Below, one piece after another: positions 63,700 through 64,000 of a stretch of DNA of 64,000 nucleotides. The stretch's first letter is position 1. Each line of letters starts with the position of its first letter. The translations under genes and the position numbers were made by a program. The DNA is taken from assembly GCF_004010195.1 (NCBI RefSeq), contig NC_057742.1, forward strand, positions 11,761,341 through 11,825,340, in the 5' to 3' direction. The notes under the pieces were generated by a model that was given only the letters and a program-made list of their open reading frames with translations, was not told the origin of the DNA and searched no databases. Source of the stretch: Chiloscyllium plagiosum (Eukaryota).

Positions 63700-64000
63700 G
63701 AAAAATAGACAGGCAGGAGTCTGGAAGAACACAGCAAGCCAGACAGGATCAGGTGGTGGAGAGGTTGATGTTTTGGGTGTAGCCCTTCTTCAGGACACAG
63801 GCTGGGGATAGGGGGAACTGCAGATGAAGAGGCTGGTGGGGGCAGTGTGATGAATTGGGGATAGGTAGAGGATACGACCTGGTTGGTAAATGGGAGGAAT
63901 GAATCCGATAGGTGGTGGAGGAGGGTGAGAGGCTGGGAAGGGAGTCGAGGAATGGGAAGGGAGGTTATTTGAAGTTCGAGAGCTTAGTGTTGAGTCCTCT
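63700..64000 (-). mobile_element. Penelope-like pLTR region (minus), truncated by the window end
   Basis: Minus strand CCTGAAGAAGGGCTACACCCAAAACATCAAC (degenerate core) and purine-rich tract like the other copies. Confidence 0.65.

Overview
Eukaryotic genomic DNA, inferred to be from a shark because of its HE1-type SINEs and their partner CR1-type LINEs. It corresponds to the vertebrate NR1D1-MSL1-CASC3 block. It contains a probable first coding exon and promoter of NR1D1/Rev-erb-alpha (minus strand, gene runs off the left edge), a complete 8-exon MSL1 (minus strand, 1575 nt CDS, 524 aa, exon phases consistent), and exons 1-4 of CASC3/MLN51 (plus strand, runs off the right edge). The rest is mostly CR1/L2 LINE fragments, SINEs, two pogo/Tigger-like MITEs, minisatellites and many Penelope-derived inverted-repeat elements, plus two N gaps. 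Main points of interest: (1) several families of short, TSD-flanked, often palindromic Penelope-derived elements carrying minimal hammerhead-ribozyme cores; (2) a repeat-free block with E/E'-boxes, D-boxes and a RORE about 18 kb upstream of NR1D1; (3) MSL1 inverted relative to human; (4) a promoter-like motif cluster in MSL1 intron 1; (5) a candidate H/ACA-like RNA and two candidate poison exons in CASC3 intron 3; (6) a CR1 copy with a twin-priming-type 5' inversion. All calls were made by eye with no database searches, and TE boundaries are approximate.
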